Of a stretch of DNA of 64,000 nucleotides, positions 27,635 to 38,396 are shown piece after piece. The notes under the pieces were generated by a model. That model did no database searches. It saw only the letters and a list, made by a program, of their open reading frames with translations, and was not told the DNA's origin. The stretch lies in contig CAIJNK010000004.1 in NCBI GenBank assembly GCA_903822075.1, forward strand, positions 12,661-76,660, given 5' to 3'. The stretch is from an uncultured bacterium. GTDB taxonomy: Bacteria > Patescibacteriota > Minisyncoccia > Phycocordibacterales > GWA1-40-21. Both the position numbers and the translations under genes were made by a program. Every line of letters begins with the position of its first letter. Within the stretch, counting starts at the first letter, position 1.

Positions 27635-29410
27635 TTATTTTTGTATAAAACCACCAGCCTGTAGCTCCCAAAGATCCTTGTAAAGGCCGCTCTCCTTGTT
27701 TGACAGCTCTTCATGAGTTCCCTCTTCAATTATTTTTCCGCCCTCCATCACTAGAATTCGATCCATTTTGCGAATGGTGGATAAACGATGAGCGATGGCA
27801 ATAGTTGTTCGGCCCTTCATCAAGTTATCCAGCGCTTTCTGTATCAAGGCTTCGGAATTTGAATCTAGGCTCGACGTGGCTTCGTCTAAAATCAAAATAG
27901 GCGCGTTTTTCAGAATAGCGCGGGCAATGGCCACTCGTTGACGCTCCCCGCCGGATAATTTAACCCCGCGTTCACCGACAAAAGTTTCATATTTGAGCGG
28001 AAGCGCTTCTATAAACTCATCGCAGTGCGCCAGTTTTGAGGCGGCAATAACTTCCTCATCTGCAGCTTCCGGCCGACCATAGCGAATATTTTCCATCAAG
28101 GTACGATGAAAAAGAATTGGGTCCTGCGGTACCAAACTTATACTCTGTCGCAGGCTTTCTTGGGTAACCAGACTGATGTCCTGGCTGTCAATCAAGATCT
28201 GCCCGCTGGTCAAATTATACAGGCGTAAAATGAGACGGACAAAGGTTGTTTTGCCGGCGCCCGAGGGGCCTACTAAGGCTATTTTCTCACCGGCTTTGAT
28301 TTGACAATTAATGTTTTCCAAAACATCTCGCGTGTCATTAAAGTTAAAAGTCACATTCTTAAATTCAATTTCACCTTGCCTTATTTTTAAGTCCAATGCG
28401 TTTGAGATATTTTGGATTTCATGCGGAGCTAGCATTATCTCGGTCATCTGTTTAGAGTCTGCCAAACTTTCAAAAATATTTCGCAAGACCATATTCACCG
28501 ACCAGATTTGTTTGGCCAAGGAGACAACGTAGATTTGTACCATGACAATACCTCCCACCGTCAACTTGTCAATTGACCAGAATTTTATGGCATAATAGAA
28601 AATGACAAATTCCATCAAATAGACCAATAGTAGCTGAACCGAATCGTAAAGGCCGGCATAGTTCCAGGCTTTGACTTCGTATTTTGATTGTTTGACGGTG
28701 GCGGCGGCATATGAATCAGTCTCTCTTTTATAGCTATTAAACAGCGATATAGTCTGATTGTTGGAAATATTATCGGCAAGTAAGGCGGTAGTCTCGGAAT
28801 CCAACCTAGCCATTTCCACGTTGTATTTCATACGCCAGAGGTAAAATAAGGTACTACAGGTGAAATATATAATAACCCATATCAAGATAATGAGTGACAA
28901 AATTTTAGAAGTAAAAAAAGTGACAACGATGGCTCCGACGACCGTAAGCATTAATGGCGCAAAATTAAAAATAAAAGTGTCGAATAATCTTTCAAAGGCT
29001 CTGGCTTGGCGGTTAATCTTCTGAACCAACCCCCCGGTAAAACTGTTTGTAAAAAAATTGTGCGAGTGTCTGATTAGATATTGAAAAGAATTCTGTTTAA
29101 TCTGCGCCATGGTATAGGTTTCCGTTGGCAAATAGACAAAAAATGCGGCTCGATTCGTCAACCAGCTAAAGAAATGCATTATTGCCACAATAATAATGAT
29201 CTGGATTAAACTGCCAACAACGACAGATTTTGGACCAGTGGTCCCCAGAATATTGAAGAAATTCTGATAGAAATAGGGTGTAACAACATCAATAATGTTG
29301 GCAGTGATAAAAAGAGTCAAAGTTAATATAAAAAAGGTTCGGTACCCCTTTAGTCCTTTCAAATACTCCTTAAATATCTGTCTTATTGTTACTTTGGACT
29401 CTTTTTCCAT
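27635..29410 (-). CDS. ABC exporter, fused permease/ATPase (MsbA/bacteriocin-exporter type, no C39 peptidase domain)
   Basis: 6-TM N-terminal half; Walker A GPSGAGKT, signature LSGGERQRVAIARAIL, Walker B ILILDEATS. Confidence 0.85.
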   Translation of the reverse strand: MEKESKVTIRQIFKEYLKGLKGYRTFFILTLTLFITANIIDVVTPYFYQNFFNILGTTGPKSVVVGSLIQIIIIVAIMHFFSWLTNRAAFFVYLPTETYTMAQIKQNSFQYLIRHSHNFFTNSFTGGLVQKINRQARAFERLFDTFIFNFAPLMLTVVGAIVVTFFTSKILSLIILIWVIIYFTCSTLFYLWRMKYNVEMARLDSETTALLADNISNNQTISLFNSYKRETDSYAAATVKQSKYEVKAWNYAGLYDSVQLLLVYLMEFVIFYYAIKFWSIDKLTVGGIVMVQIYVVSLAKQIWSVNMVLRNIFESLADSKQMTEIMLAPHEIQNISNALDLKIRQGEIEFKNVTFNFNDTRDVLENINCQIKAGEKIALVGPSGAGKTTFVRLILRLYNLTSGQILIDSQDISLVTQESLRQSISLVPQDPILFHRTLMENIRYGRPEAADEEVIAASKLAHCDEFIEALPLKYETFVGERGVKLSGGERQRVAIARAILKNAPILILDEATSSLDSNSEALIQKALDNLMKGRTTIAIAHRLSTIRKMDRILVMEGGKIIEEGTHEELSNKESGLYKDLWELQAGGFIQK

Positions 29411-29476
29411 ATGAAGCTTATCCTAACACAAAAAAGACCGGCTAGGAATAACCCTCGGCCGATCTTTTTTGTATCA

Positions 29477-29869
29477 TTATTCTGAGGTAGTGCTTGCAAT
29501 GGATGTAGAACACGACTCACCGTCTGGAATATTCGTGTCGTTGCACAGGGTGTAAGAGCATTTGGGTTCGTTTGGCGCACAAGACAGCTCTTCACCACAA
29601 CCGATTTTTTCAATAGTCTGCTCACAGGCGTAGATACTGTAGGCGGCCTTACTGATAGTTTTGTAATCAGAGGCGTCAGCCGGTACACAGGTAGGATCGG
29701 TGCCGTCGCAAGTGACAACATCACGATGGAAGCAACTTTCTGTCTGAGGATCGCAAGACACTTCGGCCACAATCTGGTAATCTTTCACTATAACTATACG
29801 CCAAAAAGTAACACCGACGGAACCAAGGATAAGGAGGATCAAGATAGTGTAAAAGATTTTGTTAGCCAT
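29477..29869 (-). CDS. small membrane-anchored cysteine-rich protein (130 aa, 12 Cys)
   Basis: N-terminal anchor IFYTILILLILGSVGVTFW, then a Cys-rich ectodomain (CDPQTESC…CDGTDPTC…); sits between dnaJ-like and the ABC exporter. Confidence 0.45.
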   Translation of the reverse strand: MANKIFYTILILLILGSVGVTFWRIVIVKDYQIVAEVSCDPQTESCFHRDVVTCDGTDPTCVPADASDYKTISKAAYSIYACEQTIEKIGCGEELSCAPNEPKCSYTLCNDTNIPDGESCSTSIASTTSE

Positions 29870-29883
29870 GACAATATTATATA

Positions 29884-30792
29884 CTACAGTCCTTCGTTTT
29901 TCAAATCCTCTATTAGCTTTCTTGCTGTTCTGGATAGACGGTTTGGCATCTTAATCTTTACCTTTACAAGTAAGTCACCACGATGTTGAGCATCTATCGG
30001 CACGCCTTTTCCTCTAATGCGCAGGATTTCTTCAGAATTCGTACCTTCCGGTATAGATAGCTCAATATCACCATCAAGTGTTTTGAGCGGATACTTAACA
30101 CCTAACAGCGCCTCGGACAGCTTGATGTTTATTTCTGTCACGATATTTTTTCTCTCTTTGTGAAAAAGAGGATCTGGCCGAACAGAGACATTTATATATA
30201 GGTCTCCCGCCACCCCGTCTTTTACCGGTTCTCCGGCTCCGGATAAACGAACAGTTTCACTATCGTTAATATCAGCCGGAATCTTTACTTTTATTCTTTC
30301 AGCTTTACTGGCCGAATTTCTAGTCAGTGAAAATTCCTTTTCCACTCCAAAAATTGATTCGGCGAAAGTAATTTCCAAATCGACACTGATATCCCGTCCT
30401 TTTCGAACTCGCTGCCTTCGTCCCATCGCTCCGCCAAAAAACTCTCCAAAAATATCATTGAGGTCAAACTCAAAGTTACCACCCTGACCGCCTTGAGTGA
30501 ATTGAGAAAAATCAAAGCCACCAAAATCCTGACCCTGGTTAAACCCGCCAAAGCCGCCGTACCCACCGCCAGAGTGACCACCCATAGAATCGGCCGAACC
30601 AAAAGTGTCGTACTGTTTACGTTTGGCATCATCACTCAACACGCTGTAGGCCTCGCTGATTTCCTTGAATTTATTTGCATCTCCGCCCTTATCCGGATGA
30701 TACAAATGAGCAAGCTTCCTGAAAGCCATCTTTATCTCATCCTTAGAGGCACTCTTATCTACTCCCAGCGTTTTGTAATAATCTTTGGCCAT
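29884..30792 (-). CDS. DnaJ-class co-chaperone without zinc finger (CbpA/type II-like)
   Basis: J domain with HPD (AHLYHPDKGG); G/F-rich region; C-terminal substrate-binding repeats; no CxxCxGxG repeats. Confidence 0.75.
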   Translation of the reverse strand: MAKDYYKTLGVDKSASKDEIKMAFRKLAHLYHPDKGGDANKFKEISEAYSVLSDDAKRKQYDTFGSADSMGGHSGGGYGGFGGFNQGQDFGGFDFSQFTQGGQGGNFEFDLNDIFGEFFGGAMGRRQRVRKGRDISVDLEITFAESIFGVEKEFSLTRNSASKAERIKVKIPADINDSETVRLSGAGEPVKDGVAGDLYINVSVRPDPLFHKERKNIVTEINIKLSEALLGVKYPLKTLDGDIELSIPEGTNSEEILRIRGKGVPIDAQHRGDLLVKVKIKMPNRLSRTARKLIEDLKNEGL

Positions 30793-30799
30793 TTATTGT

Positions 30800-32707
<1,908 letters not shown>

Positions 32708-32739
32708 ATGTTTTAGATTTAATTAATTTAATAAACACA

Positions 32740-32900
32740 ACCTCACATCCTCACTAAACCACCCCCTGACCCTCTCCTAGGAAAGGCGGGGGAAGCCAAC
32801 CTCACCCCTAACCCCTCCCCTTAGCTAATGGGAGGGGAACCGGATCCGCACCTCCCATCGGATGAGGGGAGGTCGCTATTCTGATAGCGGGAGAGGTTGA
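32740..32900. other. GC-rich, purine/pyrimidine-skewed intergenic element with at least three hairpins upstream of dnaK
   Basis: cccctcccc-ttagctaat-gggagggg; cacctccc-atcggatga-ggggaggt; cgctat-tctg-atagcg; composition unlike the surrounding AT-rich DNA. Confidence 0.4.
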
Positions 32901-32903
32901 ATA

Positions 32904-33203
32904 TTAAAAAGTAGAAGGCGCGCGTGTTGGCTGACTCATTACAAAACTAAAATCTTTTGAAAAATTAGAAACAAAATTAGAAAAAATAGATTTGATTGGC
33001 AAAAATTCCACCGGACTTTTCACGCACGGCAAACATAACGTTTCTGCCTTCACCAGCTTTTCACCCAATATCTTTCCGGAAACCGCCTTAGCCACTATTT
33101 GCCCATTCCTTTCCACCAGCTCAAACACCAAAAGCGCCCAAGCCCCGTTTGGCAATTGTACGGCCTTTTCTATGTATTTTGGCTGTTTCTGGATGGCTAA
33201 CAT
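32904..33203 (-). CDS. hypothetical protein (99 aa), probably leaderless
   Basis: ATGTTATAAT-accgtt-ATG arrangement directly upstream; no SD. Confidence 0.4.
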   Translation of the reverse strand: MLAIQKQPKYIEKAVQLPNGAWALLVFELVERNGQIVAKAVSGKILGEKLVKAETLCLPCVKSPVEFLPIKSIFSNFVSNFSKDFSFVMSQPTRAPSTF

Positions 33204-33221
33204 AACGGTATTATAACATAT
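33204..33221 (-). promoter_or_regulatory. extended -10 (TGTTATAAT) 6 nt upstream of the ATG of 32904-33203
   Basis: Same motif as at scpA and the ATP-cone gene. Confidence 0.4.
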
Positions 33222-33238
33222 TTGACTTTTTCCTTAAC

Positions 33239-33267
33239 TTGACAAAAAGCTATCATAAGCGTATACT
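33239..33267 (+). promoter_or_regulatory. near-consensus sigma70 promoter TTGACA-17-TATACT
   Basis: TTGACA 33239-33244, TATACT 33262-33267; about 50 nt upstream of the SD/ATG of 33320-33613. Confidence 0.6.
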
Positions 33268-33319
33268 TATCACCAGAAAGTAATCACCCCAGAAAGGTGA
33301 GTTTCGAAAGGAGGCCAAT

Positions 33320-33613
33320 ATGGCTAGGCAGATGCAGATGAGGAGACCGAATGTTGTGGCGGAATCGCAGTCGACGTGGAGAGATATAGAACCAGGACAG
33401 TTCTTCCGGCGGAAAAGTGGTGAGGAAGGACGAGTCTTCTGGGTAGGCAGTGCTGGACGTTACAAAGTCTACTTTCCAGTTCTGGAGGATAAGAAGGTTT
33501 CCAGAAAGGGTGGTGCCTTGGAGGAATTCTTTCCGGGTGAAGTCATCGACATCCTCAGCCCAACCAGTTTGAACATCTCCGAATGCGAATTCTCGGATGA
33601 CGAAGCAGCCTAA
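33320..33613 (+). CDS. hypothetical small protein (97 aa), GC-rich, self-contained transcription unit
   Basis: Strong SD (aaaGGAGGccaatATG); promoter upstream; GC-rich hairpin terminator downstream; no family recognised. Confidence 0.55.
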   Translation: MARQMQMRRPNVVAESQSTWRDIEPGQFFRRKSGEEGRVFWVGSAGRYKVYFPVLEDKKVSRKGGALEEFFPGEVIDILSPTSLNISECEFSDDEAA

Positions 33614-33636
33614 CAACGAACAACAAGAAAGCCTAA

Positions 33637-33680
33637 AGCGCCGAAGGAAATCCCTTCGGCGCTGAATTATTATATATTTT
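33637..33680. terminator. bidirectional rho-independent terminator (11 bp GC stem) between the small ORF and grpE
   Basis: agcgccgaagg-aaatc-ccttcggcgct followed by a T-rich run. Confidence 0.7.
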
Positions 33681-34275
33681 ATTTCTTAAACTCCCCCACC
33701 ACCACTTTTGGCGCAATAATGATTTTGCCGTTCATGGTGTAACCTTTCTTTTTTATTTCTTTGATCAAGCCATCTTCTTTTTCATCAGTCACCGGCACAA
33801 CCTCCTCGGCCACATGCAATTTAACATCGAAACTGTCCCCTATTTTTGGCACAAATTCTTTTAGTCCATTTTCGTCAAGGATCTTGACAAGCTGCGAATG
33901 AATATATTCCACCCCCACCCGCCAATTTTGTGGCACGGCATTCCACTGCTCTTTATTCATAAAAGCCATATCAAAGCTCTCCAGCACGGTGAGCATTTCT
34001 TCCAACAAATTTTCATTGGCAAATTTTATATAATCTTTTTTTTCTTCATCCGCTCTTTTCTTATAATTCACAAAATCCGCCCGCTCTCTCTGCCAGCCGT
34101 TCATATATTCATCTTTCTCCGCTTGTAGTTTCTTTATCTTCTCTTTCAACTTGGCAATTTTCTCTTTCGGATCACTCATATTGTCGCTATCAATATCCGC
34201 ATCATAAACCACCTCAGAGTTGTCTTCTTCTGGTTTGGTATCCTCCTTTTTTACTTCGTCATTATCATTATTCAT
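33679..34275 (-). CDS. grpE: nucleotide exchange factor GrpE
   Basis: Coiled-coil N-terminus; GrpE signature RERADFVNYKKR; C-terminal beta domain. Confidence 0.8.
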   Translation of the reverse strand: MNNDNDEVKKEDTKPEEDNSEVVYDADIDSDNMSDPKEKIAKLKEKIKKLQAEKDEYMNGWQRERADFVNYKKRADEEKKDYIKFANENLLEEMLTVLESFDMAFMNKEQWNAVPQNWRVGVEYIHSQLVKILDENGLKEFVPKIGDSFDVKLHVAEEVVPVTDEKEDGLIKEIKKKGYTMNGKIIIAPKVVVGEFKK

Positions 34276-34343
34276 AAGTGCATTATAGCAAAATTAGCAA
34301 AATAATCAAAAATCCAACTTGTGGCTGGATTTTTGTTTGTAAT

Positions 34344-34748
34344 TTATCGTTTAGACCACTGAGGAGCCTTGCGAGCCTTTTTGAGACCGAACTTGCGTCG
34401 CTCCTTGGCTCGAGGATCACGTTTGAGGTAACCAGCCTTCTTTAAATCTTTGCGTAAGGTTAAGTCAAAAGTAATCAAAGCGCGGGCGATGGCATGGCGG
34501 ATAGCCTCGGCTTGGGAATTTACTCCACCTCCGTTTACCATAACGGTAACAGTGAACTTCTGCTCCAGTTTTGAAGCGGTAATGGCATCCATAACAATCG
34601 CTCTTTGTTCAGCCACCGTAAAATAATTCTCAATTGATTTATCGTTTATAAGCATGCTGGCTTTGGCGCTTGGAGTAAGTCTGGCACGAGCCACGGAAGT
34701 CTTTCTTCGGCCAACAGTCTCGATGTATTTGTGGGTAGTTTCTGGCAT
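34344..34748 (-). CDS. rpsI: 30S ribosomal protein S9
   Basis: GRRKTSVARARL, GGGVNSQAEAIRHAIARAL, C-terminal …KKARKAPQWSKR. Confidence 0.9.
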   Translation of the reverse strand: MPETTHKYIETVGRRKTSVARARLTPSAKASMLINDKSIENYFTVAEQRAIVMDAITASKLEQKFTVTVMVNGGGVNSQAEAIRHAIARALITFDLTLRKDLKKAGYLKRDPRAKERRKFGLKKARKAPQWSKR

Positions 34749-34749
34749 A

Positions 34750-35121
34750 TTATTCTTTGATGGTTAAATTCTTTAAAATCCCTGGCTTAAGCTTATTCTT
34801 GTGAATCATTCCGGCCACCGCTCTTTCTAGGACACCGGCATAACCTTTCTCAATGGAAAGCTCGCCGAGGCTTCTCTTTCTCAAACCACCTGGATAACCG
34901 GAGTAATTGGTATAAACTTTAGTCCTGGCTTTCTTCTCGGTAATATCCATTTTGGATGAATTCACAACCTCAACCTTCACATCAGCAATCTGGTTCTTTT
35001 GAAAATTGGCATCATTTTTACCAATCAGTGTTGCAGCCACCTCGGAAGCTATGCGCCCCAATTTTTTCCCCTCAGCATCTATTTTAATATTTTTTGTCAT
35101 ATTTTTTTCAGGATTACACAA
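34750..35121 (-). CDS. rplM: 50S ribosomal protein L13 (short; true start may be M8 at 35100)
   Basis: GRIASEVAATLIGK…AVAGMIHKNKL; classic rplM-rpsI pair. Confidence 0.75.
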   Translation of the reverse strand: MCNPEKNMTKNIKIDAEGKKLGRIASEVAATLIGKNDANFQKNQIADVKVEVVNSSKMDITEKKARTKVYTNYSGYPGGLRKRSLGELSIEKGYAGVLERAVAGMIHKNKLKPGILKNLTIKE

Positions 35122-35461
35122 ACTCTATCTGGGCCATCTTGGCGCCATCATTCTTGCGATCGTTTAATTTGGTGATTCGGATATAGCCGCCGTTTCGCTC
35201 TTTGTATTTTGGGGCAATAGTCTCCACCAGTTTTTTGACGCTAGCGGGACCAACTTTGGCACTGATCAGCCTCTGCGCAGCCATATCACCAGCTTTAGCT
35301 TTAGTCACCAACTTTTCTACCAACGGTTTTAACACTTTTGCTTTAATTTCCGTGGTCTTAATTTTACCATCTCTGATCAAAGAAACAGCCATCGATTTTA
35401 AAAGGGCGTTTCTGACATTTCTTTCGCGGCTTAATTGCTTTGTTTTCTGTCCGTGTATCAT
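35114..35461 (-). CDS. rplQ: 50S ribosomal protein L17
   Basis: RNVRNALLKSMAVSLIRDGKIKTTEIKAK…GGYIRITKL. Confidence 0.85.
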   Translation of the reverse strand: MIHGQKTKQLSRERNVRNALLKSMAVSLIRDGKIKTTEIKAKVLKPLVEKLVTKAKAGDMAAQRLISAKVGPASVKKLVETIAPKYKERNGGYIRITKLNDRKNDGAKMAQIEFV

Positions 35462-35465
35462 TTTT

Positions 35466-36419
35466 TTATTTGAGAGTTATACCAAAATTAGACAAAACCT
35501 TCTTGATTTCTTGAATTCCTTTGGATCCCAGACCTTCAATATCATCCAGATCTTTTTCTTTCTTGCGAGCCAACCCGCCAACCGTTCTTATATTGCCGTT
35601 TGATAAGGCATTTATGGTTCGGGCTGACAAATCAAGGGTCTCAATTCGCGTCTTTAAAAACTCTGTATCACTCTCCTTGGAATCATCAGTCTCCTCTTTG
35701 GATTCCTTAATGACAATTTCGGGCTCCTTGAAACCAACGATAGCCTTAAGTTGGCTGATCATGATCAAAATAGATTCTTCCAAAGCTTCCTTTGGAGTCA
35801 GGGTGCCATCAGTTTCAATAAATAATTTTAACTTGTTAAAATCAGTCCGATCACCCACGCGCATGTTTTCCACTTCGTAATTTACCCTTCGAATGGGGCT
35901 AAAAATAGCGTCTAAGGCAATGTGACCGATTTCTGTCCGGTCTTTTTGTAGGATTTCTTTTGGAACATAGCCCAAACCTTTTTCAATCTTCATTTCGATG
36001 GAAAGTTCGGCTGATTTGCTACCTAGACTTGCCAGATAGAGATCAGGGTTTAAAATTTCCACCTGACCGGGTACTTTTATGTCCCCGGCAGTAACTTCCT
36101 GAATACCCTTAATATTGAGCTCGATAGTTTGAGCCTCATCGGTAAGCATCTTAATTCTGATTTTCTTCAGGTTCAAGATAAGAGAGATAACATCTTCCTT
36201 GACCCCAGGAACAGAGGAGAATTCATGATCGACACCGGCAATTTTTATGGAAGTTATAGCCACGCCAGACAATGAGGAGAGAATAATTCGGCGAAGCGAG
36301 TTACCCAAAGTATGACCATAGCCAGGATAAAGGCCGTCTATTTCGTAGGTGCCGGAGAATCCCTCTTCCGAGACAATGCGTGGCTTGGAAGGTAGTAATA
36401 CTTGTTTGTTTTCTGACAT
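35466..36419 (-). CDS. rpoA: DNA-directed RNA polymerase alpha subunit
   Basis: 317 aa; NTD and CTD blocks (…GYGHTLGNSLRRILLSSL…, C-terminal RTINALSNGNIRTVGGL helix-hairpin-helix). Confidence 0.9.
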   Translation of the reverse strand: MSENKQVLLPSKPRIVSEEGFSGTYEIDGLYPGYGHTLGNSLRRIILSSLSGVAITSIKIAGVDHEFSSVPGVKEDVISLILNLKKIRIKMLTDEAQTIELNIKGIQEVTAGDIKVPGQVEILNPDLYLASLGSKSAELSIEMKIEKGLGYVPKEILQKDRTEIGHIALDAIFSPIRRVNYEVENMRVGDRTDFNKLKLFIETDGTLTPKEALEESILIMISQLKAIVGFKEPEIVIKESKEETDDSKESDTEFLKTRIETLDLSARTINALSNGNIRTVGGLARKKEKDLDDIEGLGSKGIQEIKKVLSNFGITLK

Positions 36420-36487
36420 AGGCTTACTTTTAATTAATTATTAAAAATGAATAAATATTATAAACTATTTTTTAAAAATATGCAAGT

Positions 36488-37093
36488 TTAGCGGCTATAG
36501 AAGTTTAGCACAGCGGCGGTGTCAAAATTAGTTTCCAATGAGGAGAGTTTTGGTGCTCCTTGAACCTTACATTCCATTTTAGGTAAATCAAAAGCCAACC
36601 AAGATGGGTAGTTCTGATTTTTTAACTTCTCTGCAAGATTGGCAAAAATGTTTTTCTTGGCGCTGCTCTCACGAATAGTAACTTTGTCACCAATAGATAC
36701 GGCATACGATGGAATGGTGATTTTAAGGCCATTTACTTTGATATGCCCGTGGGAAACCATTTGCCTTGAAGCCTGTCTGGTAGGAGCCCAACCCAAACGA
36801 TAGACAACATTGTCGAGCCTTGATTCCAGAATGGAGATAAGTTTTTCTGGTGAGTTGGCACCGGCTTTTTCCAAAATACTCTTAACGTATTTAGCAAACA
36901 TCCGCTCACTCACGCCGTAAGTCATTTTAGCTTTTTGTTTTTCCAGCATCTGCAAACCAAAATCACTCTTTGGACGAGGTCTTTTTTCAACTTTGCGCTG
37001 GGCCTCCTTGGCGGCAAACTTTTGTGTCTGAGTTTTATCAAAAATATTTGCTCCCAATCGTCTAGCGGTTTTGTATTTTGGTTTATTTATCAT
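36488..37093 (-). CDS. rpsD: 30S ribosomal protein S4
   Basis: 201 aa; S4 domain …LESRLDNVVYRLGWAPTRQASRQMVSHGHIKVNG…. Confidence 0.9.
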   Translation of the reverse strand: MINKPKYKTARRLGANIFDKTQTQKFAAKEAQRKVEKRPRPKSDFGLQMLEKQKAKMTYGVSERMFAKYVKSILEKAGANSPEKLISILESRLDNVVYRLGWAPTRQASRQMVSHGHIKVNGLKITIPSYAVSIGDKVTIRESSAKKNIFANLAEKLKNQNYPSWLAFDLPKMECKVQGAPKLSSLETNFDTAAVLNFYSR

Positions 37094-37104
37094 GATTTTA
37101 ATCT

Positions 37105-37548
37105 TTAGACTCGGCGGGGTTTTTTAGGTTTTGGACCATTGTGTGGTACTGGTGTGGTGTCTTTGATGGAATTAATGGTAAAACCTTTGGTAATGAAACC
37201 TCTGATTGCAGATTCCCGACCGGAACCAACCCCTTTAACCACAACGTCGATTTCCTTTAGTCCCAAGTCGAAAGCTTTCTGACCCAGAGTCTCTCCTATC
37301 TTGGCAGCAGCAAACGGTGTACCCTTCTTGGCTCCACGGAAACCCATTGAACCGCTAGAAGACCACATTAAAACATTCCCTTTATCGTCAGTCAAAGAGA
37401 CCTTGGTGTTGTTGAAGGTTGATTCCACGTACAAAATACCAGAGCTCACCACCTTTTTCTTGGCTCCCGCCTTGACTTCTACTTTTGGAGCAACAACATC
37501 CTTCTTCTCCTCGGTTGCCTCTGTTTTTTCAATTACTTTTTTAGCCAT
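37105..37548 (-). CDS. rpsK: 30S ribosomal protein S11
   Basis: C-terminal …IKDTTPVPHNGPKPKKPRRV. Confidence 0.9.
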   Translation of the reverse strand: MAKKVIEKTEATEEKKDVVAPKVEVKAGAKKKVVSSGILYVESTFNNTKVSLTDDKGNVLMWSSSGSMGFRGAKKGTPFAAAKIGETLGQKAFDLGLKEIDVVVKGVGSGRESAIRGFITKGFTINSIKDTTPVPHNGPKPKKPRRV

Positions 37549-37554
37549 TATATT

Positions 37555-37935
37555 TTATTTCTTATCTGCTGCTTTCCTACCGGTACCCATGGTCTTCCTG
37601 GTGTTACCGCGAAGAGTTCGAGAGTTGGTCTTGGTCCGCTGACCGCGAGACGGAAGTTTCTTGGCGTGTCTGGTGCCTCGATAGGACTTGATATCTTTTA
37701 GTCTTTTGATATTACCGGATACCTCTCTCTTTAGATCACCTTCGATTTTCTTAGCTTCAATGATCTTTCGAATAACATTTTCTTCCTCAGGTGAAATTTC
37801 AGCAGGTTTTTTGTCACCGCTGACTTTAGCTTCCACCAAAATTTGTTTAGACAAAGACAAGCCAATACCGTAAAGAACGGTCAGGCCTACTTTCAATCTT
37901 TTGTTGTCTGGGATGGTGATTCCTGAAATACGCAT
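37555..37935 (-). CDS. rpsM: 30S ribosomal protein S13
   Basis: MRISGITIPDNKRLKVGLTVLYGIG…; basic C-tail. Confidence 0.9.
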   Translation of the reverse strand: MRISGITIPDNKRLKVGLTVLYGIGLSLSKQILVEAKVSGDKKPAEISPEEENVIRKIIEAKKIEGDLKREVSGNIKRLKDIKSYRGTRHAKKLPSRGQRTKTNSRTLRGNTRKTMGTGRKAADKK

Positions 37936-37989
37936 ATAATATAATTTAGTCAGTGAAGATTAACATATCTGGCTTTAAAAAGCAATGCT

Positions 37990-38106
37990 CTAGCCCTGCC
38001 TTTGTTTATGACGAGCATTTCCAGTGCAAATGACCATCACCCTTCGTTTTCGACGGACGATTTTACACTTTGGGCATATTTTTTTTACTGATGCTTTTAC
38101 TTTCAT
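37990..38106 (-). CDS. rpmJ: 50S ribosomal protein L36 (below the ORF-track length cutoff)
   Basis: Reverse complement translates [38 protein letters not shown] (C-x2-C…C-x5-H zinc ribbon); position between infA and rpsM is canonical. Confidence 0.85.
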   Translation of the reverse strand: MKVKASVKKICPKCKIVRRKRRVMVICTGNARHKQRQG

Positions 38107-38121
38107 TTTTTTATTATTAAA

Positions 38122-38349
38122 TTAAGATCTTTTGATTATTTTCCCTTTGCCACCATACTCATCTACTTCATAAGAAACGCGATCACCGATAAGTACCCTA
38201 ATTCTATGCAGCCTCATCTTTCCGGAAAGAAAGCACAGTACTTCTTCTTGGTCATCAGTATTCTTAACTTTAAAAAGGGTATTAGGAAAAGCCTCTATTA
38301 CCACGCCATCTTTTACTTGTTTATTCTTATTATTTGCCATTTGATACAA
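38122..38349 (-). CDS. infA: translation initiation factor IF-1
   Basis: S1-like OB fold …EAFPNTLFKVKN…GKMRLHRIRVLIGDRVSYEV…. Confidence 0.85.
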   Translation of the reverse strand: MYQMANNKNKQVKDGVVIEAFPNTLFKVKNTDDQEEVLCFLSGKMRLHRIRVLIGDRVSYEVDEYGGKGKIIKRS

Positions 38350-38396
38350 CGCCCAGTACTATAGCAAAGAACCGCCCCAATAGTCAAGCTTTCGGT

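Noticed and set aside
29389-29772. Minus-strand 127 aa ORF overlapping both the ABC exporter start and the Cys-rich protein gene
   Set aside because: Out-of-frame overlap with two better-supported genes and with the terminator-like hairpin between them.
33284-33616. Minus-strand 110 aa ORF
   Set aside because: Exact antisense of the 97 aa plus-strand ORF, which has promoter, SD and terminator; the minus ORF has no start signals.
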